A stretch of DNA of 64,000 nt from Camelus dromedarius (lineage: Eukaryota): NCBI RefSeq assembly GCF_036321535.1, contig NC_087436.1, positions 20,958,001 through 21,022,000 of the forward strand, in the 5' to 3' direction. Below, piece by piece: positions 10,441 to 23,890 of this stretch. How positions within the stretch are numbered: position 1 is the first letter of the stretch; each line of letters starts with the position of its first letter. The notes below the pieces were generated by a model. It ran no database searches. It was not told where the DNA came from and saw only the letters and a list, made by a program, of their open reading frames with translations. Made by a program: the position numbers and the translations under genes.

Positions 10441-12253
10441 GCCTGACAGCTGTCACAGACACGACAGGCCCTGCACAAACGGCCAGTTGCTTGGCTCCGT
10501 TTTCGCTTCCTCTCCCAAGCGCGAAGTGGATGAGACAACATGGGGAAAACAGCAGATACGTTCTGTTCATCGAAAATAGAACCGACTCACTATTTTTCAA
10601 AAAGAGCACTCACTGCCACCTTGAAGTGAGAGGTTTTTTTTTACATTTAAAAACATCTGGATGTTAGGGCTCTCTTGCAGAAAACAAATGTAAACTCTAA
10701 CAATGCTGCATCGCAACCGCTAGCATGACTGCAATTCATAAGAGCTAGTAGCAGTTGCTGTCTCTGCTATGTGCTTAAATACCTAGCCAATTTCACTACC
10801 TATGGCCTCTGGTATAATCTCACTGATCAAGTACACAGTTCCTTTAAACTCTGCCTGAGGCATAAAACCCAAGTGACGTCTAATTTGGGAGATGTCCGCC
10901 AAGAACAAGTCTCTGTGGAATGGGCTTTAAATGCTCAAGCAAAATGGAACTGATCCTGCCTTGTACAAAATCGATTAAAGTTCTTCCCATGGTCATCAAA
11001 AATCATGACAGATCTCAGGTGCTGTAAATTTCCATATTCCAGTTTTAACCCTAGACCTAGCACCCATCTTCAAAGGACTTGCTAGGTTTTTTAGACTTTG
11101 GGGTCACAAAAAATAGAGTTTCAAAAATCCGCCTCGGGTACATAAGCTATATACGTAGAACTAGCCCATCACAGTATCTTGTGGGTTCTTAAATCTCAAT
11201 GATGATGATTCTGTAATTGTTTAGTCCTAGGAAGTAAATGCTCTATAGAGTGAATGGCATACATGTCATTCTCAGCTAAAGGGATTAATAAAACTCAATC
11301 TGCAGATACTTAAAACAACAAAAGTTTTGAGTCATTTACCAGACTCACTTCACTTACTAAAGTTACCTTGACATAGGACTTGCAGCTGGAATATCTGTTA
11401 AGTATTTATCTACATTCTGCATCATTGCAAAAAAAAATATGTGTTGAAGCTGTTTTTAAAATGGAGCAATTACCAGCTGAAGCCTAATTTTTTTGCTACT
11501 TAAATTTCTATATGCTTTTAACTACTGATTTATTTTGATGACAAATTTAGTGCTTAGTTTGGTTTGTTTTTTTTTTTTATACAATCTTGAGCCTCTCTGT
11601 GGAATAACCCACAAAAGTTTGAGACAATTTAATCCATCAAAAGTGACTTAAAATATCCTTGTTAGTTGAAGTACAACAAACATTTACCAAATGCTTACTT
11701 TAGGCTGGGTACCACACTCACATTAGATACACCGATCAGAATCTCTGTCCTTTAGAAGCTGAGAGCCTAATCGCGGAACAGACAGACTGTGGTCATTGCA
11801 GGGAACAAGTTTCAAGGTAGTAGAGACATCTGCATCTGAAAAAGACTGGGGCAGGTAGCAAAGGCTTCTGGAGATGAAATCACCGGAGGTCAGTCTTACA
11901 GGACAGATGGAGGTTTCTGGGGGCAAGCCAGTTCCAGGCAAAAGAGCAGCTTGAACAAAAGGATAAAAGAAGACAAAATACGGTGCACTCAAGAAACTGG
12001 GTGCATTTCCACATTCACAAGATTAATGCCTCAGTTCTCTGTTCACATCTCAAATATATGTCAAGGCAGTGAAAAGTCAGATGAACCAAATTTTAGGCTC
12101 ATTTCATGTCTCCATATTTGTGCCAATGAAGTTATTATATGTGACTTAGTAAATTAGTGAAATGGGTTATAAAATCTGGCCCCACCTCACAGGAAATTTT
12201 GGGAAACACATGATTACTATAACATGCTTTAGCCCTAGTTTTGTAGAATACTG

Positions 12254-12368
12254 CTCTAAAGTAATTTACAAGTCAAAAGCAGTCAGAGATTAGAATGATC
12301 TGCCCCTTCAACAAGAACCAGAGATGTGAGGGTATAAAGAACGGATCGCTTTAACCTCCTTGAACCTG
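12254..12368 (+). repeat. Diverged ~115-bp direct repeat, copy 1 (copy 2 at 14603-14723)
   Basis: Shares AAAGTAATTTACAAGTCAAAA (21 nt exact), GATTAGA and GCTTTAACCTCC-TGAAC with copy 2. Confidence 0.85.
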
Positions 12369-13151
12369 CACATGATTCATAGTTGGGGGGAAATGAGAAA
12401 AAGAGGGTCTGAATCAGCTGTCCACAGTGGCAGCCACATGTGACCCCTGCCAGCCCACTTCTTATGGGAGAATTTGAGGATGCACGGTTCCTGTAATTCC
12501 CCAGCAGAAGAATGCCGTGGGGAATGTTCTGCTTCTATAACAGCAAAGGCTCTCCCCATCCCTTCACGCACCCTCGGCAGTAACATAAACCTAACCTACC
12601 GGCCAAGAAAGGTAGAGCATCGGATTTGGTCGGAAAGACCAGCCCCTGCCCTTCCATCCCATGCTAGAATCAGAGAGGACTCTCGCAGGGAGTTTCTGCA
12701 CAGACTTGCCCTTGCTTATGTCCAAGGGAAAAAAAAAGTGATTCCTGAAAGAGATTACGGACTAAGAAGCTTGTCTTAAATTCAAACACACATATGTAAT
12801 AACTCAACTGACTTATCACTGACTGCCTCCCCATGACAGTCCACCCCTACAGAATTCTCTGTTAGTTTCTCATGTTTGCAGAAACTAGAAACAGAGGAAT
12901 TATGTTTGTTCCCTACCTAAGGCTTTTGGAATAGATTTCTAAGACATTTTTTTGTTACACATAACTCTAATAGAGCTAATCTGAAAAGAAATTCCTTTCA
13001 GTTCCTAATAATTGTATTCAAGGACAACTCTTAAGAATGTAGAATCCTGAAATTTATTTTATGCATTAATTTCCTGTGGTATTTAAATATAACTATGTTT
13101 TACACTACAGTTTTGTATTTTTTTCTCTCTCTCTCTATAATCCTTCTACAG

Positions 13152-14570
13152 AATTGATGAGAATCTGCTCACCAAACCAAGTTTTGGAAAAACTCAAAGA
13201 CAAAAGACTTCAGTCAAATATGTGAAATTCAGTCAAGTGAAAAATGAACACATAAAAAACCAACAAATTGTTTACTTTCCTACGTTGTATGAGTTCAGGA
13301 TAAAAATTTCATCATAATGAGTCTGGTGATAAATACTTCCTTTTACGCTTACTTTTGTGTGTTAGCATAATTTTCATAATCCACTGATTTAGAATTCTGA
13401 TCCAAAACTTTAGTTGGCTTCATCTGCCATTCTTTAAGACTGACTTATTCTACTGTATTTTAATGATTCTGCTGTCAAATGAAAGGCTTATAATATCTAC
13501 ATAAAATCTAAGTTCTCTTCTCGTTCTAAACTTCTGAGTCTATTTTCACTGTTTTGATTAAATTAGGAGCACAGCAAAATGCTATTATTTCCCTCATTGC
13601 TGAAAAGGCAAGGTATGGTATTACATGAATGATGACGATGTTTTAGTCACACTAATAAAGCTTGTGCTTGGAAATGCCTTGCATACATACATACATATGT
13701 ACACATACATACATACATGTATGTGTACATATATGTAAAGACTAGGACATAGATATAAATATATAAAATGATACCCACATTCATACTTTAATGCATAAAT
13801 CAAGTTTTTCGCATTAAAAAAGTGAGATGTTACCTACGTATAAATGGCTCATTTAAATGAACCTATCTAACAGAAGGGCATTAACTCGCCAAGGGCACTG
13901 ACCGATGCACTGTATTCCACTGGAAGAGTTATTTATGTCAGTAGGCAGAGTATCCTGAGAAAGAATTGATAACTTTTCCTTGCGAAAGAAACTTCTTCAT
14001 AACTTTGTTAATGCAACAAGATGTGCAAATTTGCCATGCAGGTAAATATGTTAAAAGGCTACTCTGCATTCTCAATTAAATTCTTTAATCCGTTCAGTTC
14101 TTGTTTCTCTTATTAATAAAGTTTTGGAAATTGGTTTAAATAATCCAAAACTCTGGATACAAGACACTAAGGGTTTGTGACTATACAGTTATCACTCATT
14201 TATAGTAAAACTTGAAAAGCAATATAAAAACAAACAACCTTCTTGCGATGTTCTATTTCCAAATGAATAAAAATCCATATGGCTTTCCATTGCTGTGTGA
14301 TAAGTAAGTAACGATGTGTACATAATGGGCTTGGCAATTTAAATTTATTTTTAATAAATATTTTAAAAATCTAAACTTTAACTTACTTGTATGTTCAGAG
14401 TATTCTTGTACTAAACTGATTATTTAAAAGTAAAGAATAAGAACAATATACTTCTGTTTGTATATATTTTTTAAAAGTAGCTTTAACAGTATTATTGGGT
14501 TAATTTAATCAAATGAATAACCCAAGCATCAAGGCAATTTTAAATGTACTTTTTCAATAGAAATAAAAGA
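13152..14570 (+). other. GYPA: Glycophorin A terminal exon (exon 7) and 3'UTR; 3' end uncertain
   Basis: ctctctataatccttctacAG acceptor, then TGAGAATCTGCTCACCAAACCAA...GACTTCAGTCAA...TTTTGTGTGTTAGCATAATTTT...AGAATTCTGATCCAAAACTTTAGTTG, matching the human GYPA 3'UTR as recalled. AATAAA at 13654, 14115, 14266, 14353 and 14562. Confidence 0.85.
13682..13737. repeat. (CATA)n/(TATG)n simple repeat forming a perfect 16-bp inverted repeat
   Basis: 13695-13710 atatgtacacatacat is the reverse complement of 13717-13732; the loop is 6 nt. Confidence 0.9.
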
Positions 14571-14602
14571 TTGAACCAAGAGAGAAGATGAGACAAGCTT
14601 TG

Positions 14603-14723
14603 TCTCCAAAGTAATTTACAAGTCAAAAACAGTAAGCGATTAGAGTGACTGTCTCATCTCTACCAAAGCAAGAGAGGTCAGAGAATAACTAAAATATGAA
14701 TGGCTTTAACCTCCGTGAACTTG
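14603..14723 (+). repeat. Diverged ~120-bp direct repeat, copy 2
   Basis: Collinear similarity to 12254-12368 at an offset of 2350 bp. Confidence 0.85.
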
Positions 14724-15549
14724 TCCTCAATTTCTCTGTACTTCTATCAATGGACTTTTCACATTTAAATTTAATGTTTGTGGGAAGAATGGATCTTCAC
14801 TCTTAACATTTTTACAATTAAATCATCATAAGATCATAGTAAAGAAATCTTACCGATGAGGCCAACATGACCCTATGAATGGTTCACTTTGAATTTCTTA
14901 AACTTTTGGACTGGAGCAGGGAGTTAGGAGCAAAGCTGATTAGAAAATATGTTTGTGTAGGTGTGAGCAAAGGGTCTACACCTGGAAGAAAATGATGGTG
15001 GCAGGGGAGAGACATGCGAAGGGAGAACGTGGGGAGGCAAGGAAGGACGCGGTGAGAGGGGTACTTTAGTGATATCCATAATAGTATCTGAGGGAGAACT
15101 TCCGATTTATTAGAAACATTTGTCTTAGCAAATGTCACAAATTTCACACAAGAAACTCCTAAGAGCCTAAGGTCATTTAAGCAAAGATCAGTACAAAACT
15201 ACCCAACATCATGCATAGACCTTTCATTGTGTCAACCCACTTCTAACATGTTTGCGCCCTCAGCTGTATTTAGCTGGAATACGTCCACTGGCAACTGATA
15301 AAGAGATTTTCAGTCTCCAGCCTTAAACAAGTCCTCTGATTCTCACAGCGCTGGTACACAATTTCTTGCGTGTACTATGACCTGAGTTCCATCCCCGCCT
15401 TAACAGTGATTCACTAAGAGCAGGGACTTCGATTCATTTTTGTAATTCCTACGAGGCTCTGCAAAACCTGCTTCTTACTTCATGAAGCTTTTCTTCACAT
15501 TTAACATGACATTATACAGTGATGTCATAAAGCTTTCACGTGGCATGGG

Positions 15550-15740
15550 ATGGAAAGAGAATCAATTCTGGAGCCAGAGTCTGAACCCTTGCTTATTTAT
15601 TCACATAACTGCAGTTTCCTTATCTGTAATATGAGGATGAGAATAACTACCTTGTGAAAATGTCTTGAGATTTATTCGAAATGAGGTATGAGGGGTGCCC
15701 AGCACCAAGAGAGTGTTTGAAAAATGGAAGCTCTGATTAA
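15550..15740 (+). mobile_element. MIR SINE
   Basis: tctggagccaga...cagtttccttatctgtaatatgaggatgagaata...cccagcac. Confidence 0.65.
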
Positions 15741-16804
15741 TATCACCTGTGACAGTCTTCTTCCTTGCTATCAGCAAGGCAGCAGAGTTCTGTAGCCAAT
15801 CTGCTTTAAACATTCTGTGGAAATGTTTAGACTTTAAAGTAAAGGCTGTTCCTAGGTTTCTTTCTGCCATCTCATGTTTTGTTGTGCAAAGCAGAAAAGC
15901 CAATATTCCTTATCTTTTGTACCTGGAATATTACAATATGCTTTTTCACTAAGTAGATGTACAAAAAAAGTCAGTTCCTTTTCAACATTTCAGTTCTCAT
16001 TAGTAGCTTTCAAATGTCCTTGAGATTAAACTGGAAAAGCAAGTCTGTTCTGAAGACAATACGGTTAGAAAAATTTGATCTCAATGACAAAAGGAAGTAA
16101 TCTACTGATTTTCATCCTTTTTTTTTTTTTTTAAATATCCAACACAATGACTCATTGTGGGTACTTGTAGTTTGAAAAAGGCCCACCCCTTTCATAATTC
16201 TGACTTGCCCTCTTTCCTCTCAGACAATTAGTTAGCAAACATTTTGGAGATTCGGGGTGTTATAAAAGAAATTCTTGCCATTTGTACTTAACAGCTAATA
16301 ATGGAACCAATGTACAAATTAAGTATCGTGTAACTTTTAAGTGCCAGCTAAGAAGTATACAATCTACTGGAGAAATTTTCTTTAAAGTAAGACATCACTT
16401 TTTTTTTTCAATATCAAACACTTTTAACCAACAGAAGTAATATAGCCTCTCTTCAGAATCACTAATTCCACTGACTTTTAAACCCAGAAAGTTTTGACCA
16501 TTCTATGACATCTTCTCTTCAAAAAGTTTTTCTCTAATTCCAGGTGCTTTCTGGAGTCATAAACCTTCCGAGACTGTCTCTTCTACTTAAGTGGTGTGGC
16601 TGTGATTGTAACAATTGTCTCATATTGTTGCCTGTATAAGTGTAGATATCAGCATTATGCCTTCGATTTTACTGTCTTAGCAGAAACAAGGTTGAAATTT
16701 TCTTTTTTATTACTACAGCACCATAGGACAATTATGCATTCAATGAGTACTTTACTATTTAAATTTATTTTAAGCACAAATATCATGGATAATGATATGT
16801 TAAT

Positions 16805-17035
16805 ATGACATTTATTGAGCAATTACCACATGTCAGACATTGTTTTAAATGCTTTATCTTCACAAAACTCTTAAAAGGTAGGTACTAGTTTATTCTTATA
16901 TTAAGCTGAAGAAACTAACGGACGGAGGGAATAAATGGCATTCCCAGCAGAATTCAGCATGTGAGTGGTAGAGGAAGTCTGGACCCAGGGGACCAGCCCT
17001 GGAGTCCATTTTCCTAACTATGCAATGCTGCCTCT
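16805..17035 (-). mobile_element. MIR SINE
   Basis: acatttattgagcaattaccacatgtcagacattgttttaaatgcttta...ggtaggtact...gaagaaact. Confidence 0.65.
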
Positions 17036-17039
17036 TAGG

Positions 17040-18240
17040 ACTACTACTTCTGGAAACCGTGAGAATCCTGCTTCAGGTGAACTCTCTCTAGGGAAGACAG
17101 ATAAAAGATTTGTTTTAATCTGATTGAAGGCATCAGAGAATTATCAAGGCAATGATGACTTAAGGATCCAAAGTCCCAAAAAGAAAAGAGGCTCTGAAAT
17201 CTGAGACCTATGTTCAACATGATGTTTTCCCTCCATGCATTTGCCAATCCCAAAGTAGGATGTGAAATGCTAAGAAACTAAGCAGAACTTGTTGGTCTCC
17301 TGGGATCAGAGGTACAAACATTGCAATTCAAGACCCATCAAAGAGGGCCCTGGTCAACACAGGCTTTCTGTTATAGTCCCCAATTTATAGCCTAAGAGTA
17401 GGACAAACCAGAAGTAGACAAACCCTGACAAAGACTGATGGTTTGCTTTGCATCATCTCAACCCCAGATAAACTGAAGGTTATCTTCCTCACCTTAATTA
17501 CCTGATAAACACTAATGTAAATCTTTTCTAGAGGACAATAACAAAATGCAGATCCTCAAATTATCTTCATGATTTTCACACACAATGCCCAACACTTAGT
17601 ATTAAGAATAACCAGGTGTACAAAAAAGATAGAAAAGGATTGAAGACCCAGACAAAAGCAAAACATAGATACGAGGCCATTGGAGATCTAGATATTAGAG
17701 TTCTCAGAAGACTTTAAAATAACTCTGACTGACTTATTCAAGAAGTCACATAACAAGATGGAGACTTTCAGAAGAGATCTTTAATATATATTTTTAAAAT
17801 CAAATGGAAATTTCAGAACTAAAAAAGTAATTAACTGAAATGATTAACTTGATAGAAAGGTTTAGTAGCATATTAGCCTCAGCTGAATAGAGAAAACAGA
17901 AAACTGGAGGGTAGACAAAAAGAAAATACTCGGACTGGAGTGCAGAGAGGCCAAAGTATGCAAGATGCAGGAAGGAATATAAGGAGCAGACAGCACACAG
18001 AGAAAACATCTCACGTACGTATAGCAGGAATCCTCGGAGGACTGGAGAGTGATAATGGGCAGAATTAATACTTAAATAGATAAAGGCTGAGAATTTTTTC
18101 AAAACTCTCAAGAGACATCAAGCCACACTTTCATGAAGTGCTATATCCACAAGAAGAAAAAATGCAATTATAAAAAAAAATGAGAAACAAGAAGAAAAGT
18201 CTTAATAGTAGTCAGCAGGGGAAAAAAATACACTACCTCT
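17040..18240 (+). mobile_element. Ancient L1 5'/ORF1 region fragment
   Basis: A-rich degenerate ORF1-like sequence (aaatggaaatttcagaactaaaaaag...gctgagaattttttcaaaact...gacatcaagccaca), similar in layout to 51.7-53 kb. Confidence 0.65.
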
Positions 18241-18889
18241 TACATGATCCTCATGCCAGTCAGGTACAAACTTGACATACTCTTCGATATCAGTATATAC
18301 TTAAATCTGAATAATGTCTGGTTTATTTATTAGTTATTGTAATGCGTAGTCTCTGATACTCTCCATAACCATTTCTCTTGCACTAAAGCCTCTGGGTTTT
18401 TTTCTTCTGTATAGAAACTAACTCTAGGTTAACACATAAGGATTTTTTTTTGATGGAATAAATAATGTTGCAATAGCAGATCACTCAAACATGATTGTGT
18501 ACATAGGTATTATCACCTGCTTTTATATGAGCAAAGAGGCAGCCTTTCAGAACTAGTCCTAATTTATCTTCTCAAAATGTAAAATATGTCATGTTGAAAT
18601 TTGTATAATACAGAAGAGGAAAGATAAAGAGACCATCATAACTATATTTTATAGGTTTATCTGCAAGGTAATATATTACTTATGTGCAAAAGACATAGCA
18701 GGTCCTGAAAATAGAAAATAAATCCAATTATGGGAAAAATAAATATAGTTAAATTTTTGTACCCTAGGTTATGATTATTAAATTTTACCAATATATGTAT
18801 TATTTCCCAGTAACTTTTTTATGCTTGAAAAGAAATTAACAATAAAGAAGAAGATTTCTTCTTCAATCTGCACTTACAAGGTTAAAGAA

Positions 18890-19332
18890 TAGGGGACCTT
18901 AAAATTGACAACTGGCTGAGTGGTCTTGAGTGAGATAAGAATGGTATAAAATGGTTGTGCACTGGGATCACAGCCAGGGAAGGAGTGAGAAGGAACGGAA
19001 TGGGGCTAAGCTGGGAGTGACTGTGACATTAAACATGCACACAGACCTAAGAAGAAGCACTGGAAAGTGATATGGACCATCTAGCAGATGGAAAGCAGGC
19101 TAGCCTGGATGCACTGGGAGGCCCCATAATAAACATAAAGCCAACACAAGGACAGCTGGAGAGAGAGAGACAGTGAGGAAGCCTAGGTCCTGATGAGCTC
19201 TGAATCCAGCTATGTCTAAGCCAACACCATCCCTTCTTAGTAATGTGAGTTAAGCAATCAACTTTTTGCTTAAGCTAGTTTTGTATCGGGGTTTTCATCA
19301 TTTATAATAGAAAGAGTCTTAGCTGACTAACA
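18890..19332 (+). mobile_element. MaLR LTR remnant (MLT1-like)
   Basis: ctgaatccagctatgtct...tttgcttaagctagttt...ggggttttcatcatttataatagaaagagtctta, a typical MLT1 3' end. Confidence 0.6.
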
Positions 19333-20509
19333 GAATATTAAAATAGATGATTAGACTGACACCCTAAACCAACAAAGACCATAATCTGGGCTGACGTATG
19401 AGGCTTGAAACAGAATTTGCAAAGGAGACACCTTAAGATTACACGATTCTAAAGCTCTCAATGACAGCCAAGGGATAAAAGTGTGAGGAGGTGATTAAAG
19501 AGAATGGAGTGTAGAAAAGAGCTGTGGGCATGTCATCAACCCGACTCCTAAGGAGAAGGGGTGGGGAGTCTCTCTCTCCACTTCAAGTCAAGAGCTCCAG
19601 AGGGTCTTGAGAGAGCTGGGATATGCCCTCGGAACATTACAGAAGTCTGACTCTCCCTTGGGAAATCCAAACAACAGATGCCCCCAGTCCTGCTCGGACA
19701 GTGCAGCAAGGAGAGGCAGTGAAGTGGGGACGACAAACATTCCTAGAGTTGGTGGGGAGGGGGCAATGGGAGAATAGTAGGTGAGGGCAAGTTTTGCAGA
19801 AGCCACAAAAGCACCTCCAAGAAAAAGATCCAAAGAGAAATCTCTGCCAAGAGTAGAATGCTTGGCCACTGCAAAGATGCTGGTCTAGTCAGAACTCTCC
19901 TACTCCCTTACCTAATTTTTCCCTGCCCGTGTTCCAGTGCGAGAGGGGTCAGAAACACTGGGCAGCAAGATGGAGGAAGAGGAGTAAAGCTTGAGGTGGG
20001 GTGGGGGAAAGGAGTTGACCGTCCCTTTTTCCTGATCCTAGGTGGGAGGAAGAGTAAAACCACCAATTTAAAATCAGAATAGAAATTTTGATTATTGCAC
20101 TGGTATCGAAATTTTAACTACTAACTGGGGGACAGTTTGTATTATCTAATAGTGACCAGAAAGGTAATGGCGTCTACCCAGATTTTGACAGAGGAACAGT
20201 GGAAGAACCAGTTTCATAGAATACACTTTAAAGGATACAGGAGAAATAACCAACCTTATTTTTAATTGTATCCTGTGAGTCTTGGTCATTCAATATGACC
20301 ATTTTACTGACAGAATTATTAACGTGGCAAAGCCATTTGTTGATGAAAAGCAGATAAGGCATAATGAAAAAAAAAACCACATACATTGTCAGTTACTCTG
20401 TAAATTGACTCAGAAACAGTAGAAAAATGTATCCCCAAATTTACAAATTTGCCCATACATTTTGTTTCAGTATGTCCATTTTGAAGAAAGTACTCCAATA
20501 AAAAAAAAA

Positions 20510-20968
20510 AACTCAACCATAAAAAAGAATGGAATAATGCCATTCGCAGCAACATGGATAGACCTAGAGATTACCATACTAGTGAAGCAAAGTAAGTTAG
20601 ACAGAAAAAGACAAATGTATCATATGATATCATTTATATGTGGAATCTAAAAACAAGACTATACAAATGAACTTATTTATAAAACAGAAAGAGACTCACA
20701 GACACAGAAAACAAACATACAGTTACCAAAGGGGAAAAGGAGGAGGGATAAATTAAGAGTTTGAGATTAACAGATATACACTACTATATATAACATAGAT
20801 AAACAACGAGGCCCTACTGTATAGCATGGGGAACTATATTCAATATCTTAGTAATAACCTATAATGAAAAATAATCTGAAAAAATATATATGTATAACTT
20901 TGCTGTACACTTGAACCTAACACAACACTGTAAATCAATCATACTTCAATAAATAAACCAAAAAAAAG
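20510..20968 (+). mobile_element. L1 3' end (artiodactyl/camelid type), 5'-truncated
   Basis: ORF2 C-terminus-like IKKNGIMPFAATWIDLEITIL (ORF 20462..20650), L1 3'UTR, atacttcaataaa and A tail. Confidence 0.9.
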
Positions 20969-22744
20969 AGGAATCCATAATTTATTATTTTATAATTTAT
21001 TTTATATACTCACAGCAGTGGCTAATAACAGAAAGAAAAAAGAAACTAAATGTCCAACAACTCAATATTGTCTATGTGTCAGTTATAATTTACTTGTTAA
21101 TATAGTAACAAAATAGACTGTCACAGTCATGAAAAATTACAAGTATGTGGACTTTGTTCAACATGTCAAAATGTGTGTATAAATTACTTTTAAGTTAAAA
21201 GGTAGAAAACATAGCATGTTTAAACTAAAGTATAAGTACATAAATTAACAAGTTCAGAAAAAAATAGGCAGCAACGTTAAATAGTTTCTTCCCTCTTCTT
21301 GTTGATTAAGAACCAATGCCGCTAATTTAAAATGAAGTGGTACCAACACTACAGGTTCCTGCTGAGTATCTCTAAGCTAGAGCTCAATTTCAAAACTGAA
21401 CACCAGAGACATTTTGGTACACATTCATTATCCATATCTCATGAAACAGGTTTTTGGGGTGTGTTCAAAATGTACCATAACTGTAAAAACAGTCCTTGAA
21501 AGCTGAAGGATAAATGCTTCAAAGAAAAGGCAAAACAGAAAGACTTCTATTTCCCAATTCATCAGTAACTTAGCCTTTACACCTCAGGAGGAAGGTGATC
21601 TTATTTTTTTAATATGCTGTAGTCTTAAAAACTTTTTTTTTTTCACATTAAGACATATTACCAGTTTGTTGTAATGTTAGCAGCAGGTATGTGTATGACC
21701 TTTCATCAGCTCAACAAATTTTATATCATTCAAATCTTAGTTTAAAAGAATCAGGCTAATTTTCCCTCTTAGAAACAACAGCAATGTCCCCCAGCAGCAG
21801 AAAGCAGAAAGTTGGGCGTCTTCAAACAAATCTGCTCCAGAACAGTGTTTATTTCTAGGTATCTAATGGCTACCTTGTATAGCAGTGATCATGGTTCTCA
21901 CAGAGGCTTATAAAGAAAACCCAAAAGGAAAGCAAATGAAGCCCTCATCTCTCTCCTGGAACAAAAGGTATAGGAGTTTCCACTGTCCATTCCTCCTGAG
22001 ATGTATTAGTTCCTGTTCACATCTAAAGCTAAACATGATCTCCTAAGAAGTAATAACCATGTAATAATTTTTAAAACCCTTTAATAATTTATTTTGATCT
22101 ACTTACCTCGAGGTTTTCACAGAACTTCCAATATACTGGAGGCACCCGTTCCCAGCGTTCTTCCCTTCCTCCTGTGTAAAACAGCTAGATGGCATGACGC
22201 TCCAGCATCCTGTGATTTGTCTCCATTCTCTTTCCGGTGTGCCAAGAGTGTCAAGGCCATGACAGAGCATCTTCACAAGCTCAGTCCTTCATTGTGCCTA
22301 GAACAGAGCCCACCAAAATGACACGTTATGACATAGATGCCTCATACCTCTTCTTGAAATCAAAACTAGAACAGATCAGGAGCACACGTATTTTTTTTCC
22401 TCAAGAATTCTACAGGGAGAAAGGGAAGTGAAAATAGTACTGTTTCCTGGTAGTTTAAAAACATCTCTTAAAGCAAAGTGATCAATGTTGATTGATAAAA
22501 ATGGCTTTTCCCACAATTCCTCTACCAGGAATGGAAAATGAACTTGAATCCTAACTCTTTCTTTTGGTTTCTGACCCCATGGATAGCCCTCTTCTTGTGA
22601 CTAGATGCATCTCTGTATCCTCAGGCCCTGATGTCATCATGATTCCAAACCAACCTAGCCTGTTCGCTGCCACCCATCTGAGTTTGAGTATTGTCACTGC
22701 TTGAGATTACTGCCACATTAGCCCATCCACTTGATCATACATGG

Positions 22745-23890
22745 TATTAATTAGTGCAGCTTAAGACCCAAAGTGTAATGATGCTAACACACAGGAAGTG
22801 TATTTATTACTCAGGTAATGGTACAGAAATACTCCAGGTCTGTGGGGGAACAGAGCTTGTCCTTCACACAGTCATTCTGAAATGGAGCAGGACTCTACGG
22901 GGCCTTCCCAGGACGGACCCTCCCACCTCCACCATGTCCTCCACCTGACTCCTGTCTGTAGAAAAACTTCAGTCAAAGAATAAATTTAATCAGAGAAATA
23001 AGAAGATACAGAAACAAAGGGAAATAGTCAAGCAAAACAAAATAATAATAGTTTGATCAGTAAGCAAAGCCAAAGACCTTTAGTTACTCCTCAAGGGCTA
23101 TAGATAATATTCTGAGCCATATCCTGAGCTGTCCTATAGATACCGAAACCCCCACCAGGTGCAAGAAGTCAACTACATGATGGCCAGACTGCAGCCATGA
23201 CATGAGCTGCCACGATTCCAAGAACTGGCAGCAAAGAAATGAAAACAAACGGGTCCTGGAACTGAAGATTAACTGTACTTAAAACAATCAAGATGATGCT
23301 GATCAGGTCGTTGCATGAGCAATTTCAAGGTGACTGTGAGAGCTAACTGTGCTGTTCTGCATGTAGCCCCCTCCCTCTGCCTGTGCACCCCTGAAACTAC
23401 CCCTTAAAAGCTCTTGCCCACTGAGCAGCAGTGGTGCAGGGGGGAGGTAGTTAGCCTTTGGACAGGAGTCCGCCCCCACCCTTCTTCTCACCCCTGGTTG
23501 CTGGCCTCCGAATAAAGCAAACTTTCCTTCCTACCAGCATGTACCTCTCTTTGTGTTGGCTTTCGAGCAGCGAGCAGCTGGAACTGTGGTTTCAGTAACA
23601 ATTCATGAATCTAAGCCAAAAGCACCTTTGTCACCTTCAACACATGGTTTTCAAAGTTGCCCTGGGCATCACTAGTCTAGTCCACCAGAAGAGGGAAACA
23701 GTAAAAAGGACCACACGTGGGAAGTTTAATCAGTAAGAACTAAAAGGGGGGGGGGACATATCATCCCCACTCACATTCTGTTGATCAGTACTCACACGGC
23801 TCACTTAACTGCAAGGGTGTCTGGGCAAAGCCCAGTGCCCAGGACTAAGGGTACAATGGATTTTACTGGACAGCTGACAGTCTCTGCCAC
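22745..23890 (-). mobile_element. Old MaLR (MLT1-like) LTR interrupted by a younger ERV LTR
   Basis: MLT1-like motifs on both sides of the insert, ending ...ttaactgcaagggtgtctggg...cagtctctgccaca. Confidence 0.55.
22953..23600 (+). mobile_element. ERV1-like solo LTR
   Basis: Starts TGT, has a TATA-like cccttaaaag (~23401) and AATAAA (23511), and ends ttcagtaaCA. About 650 bp. Confidence 0.75.
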
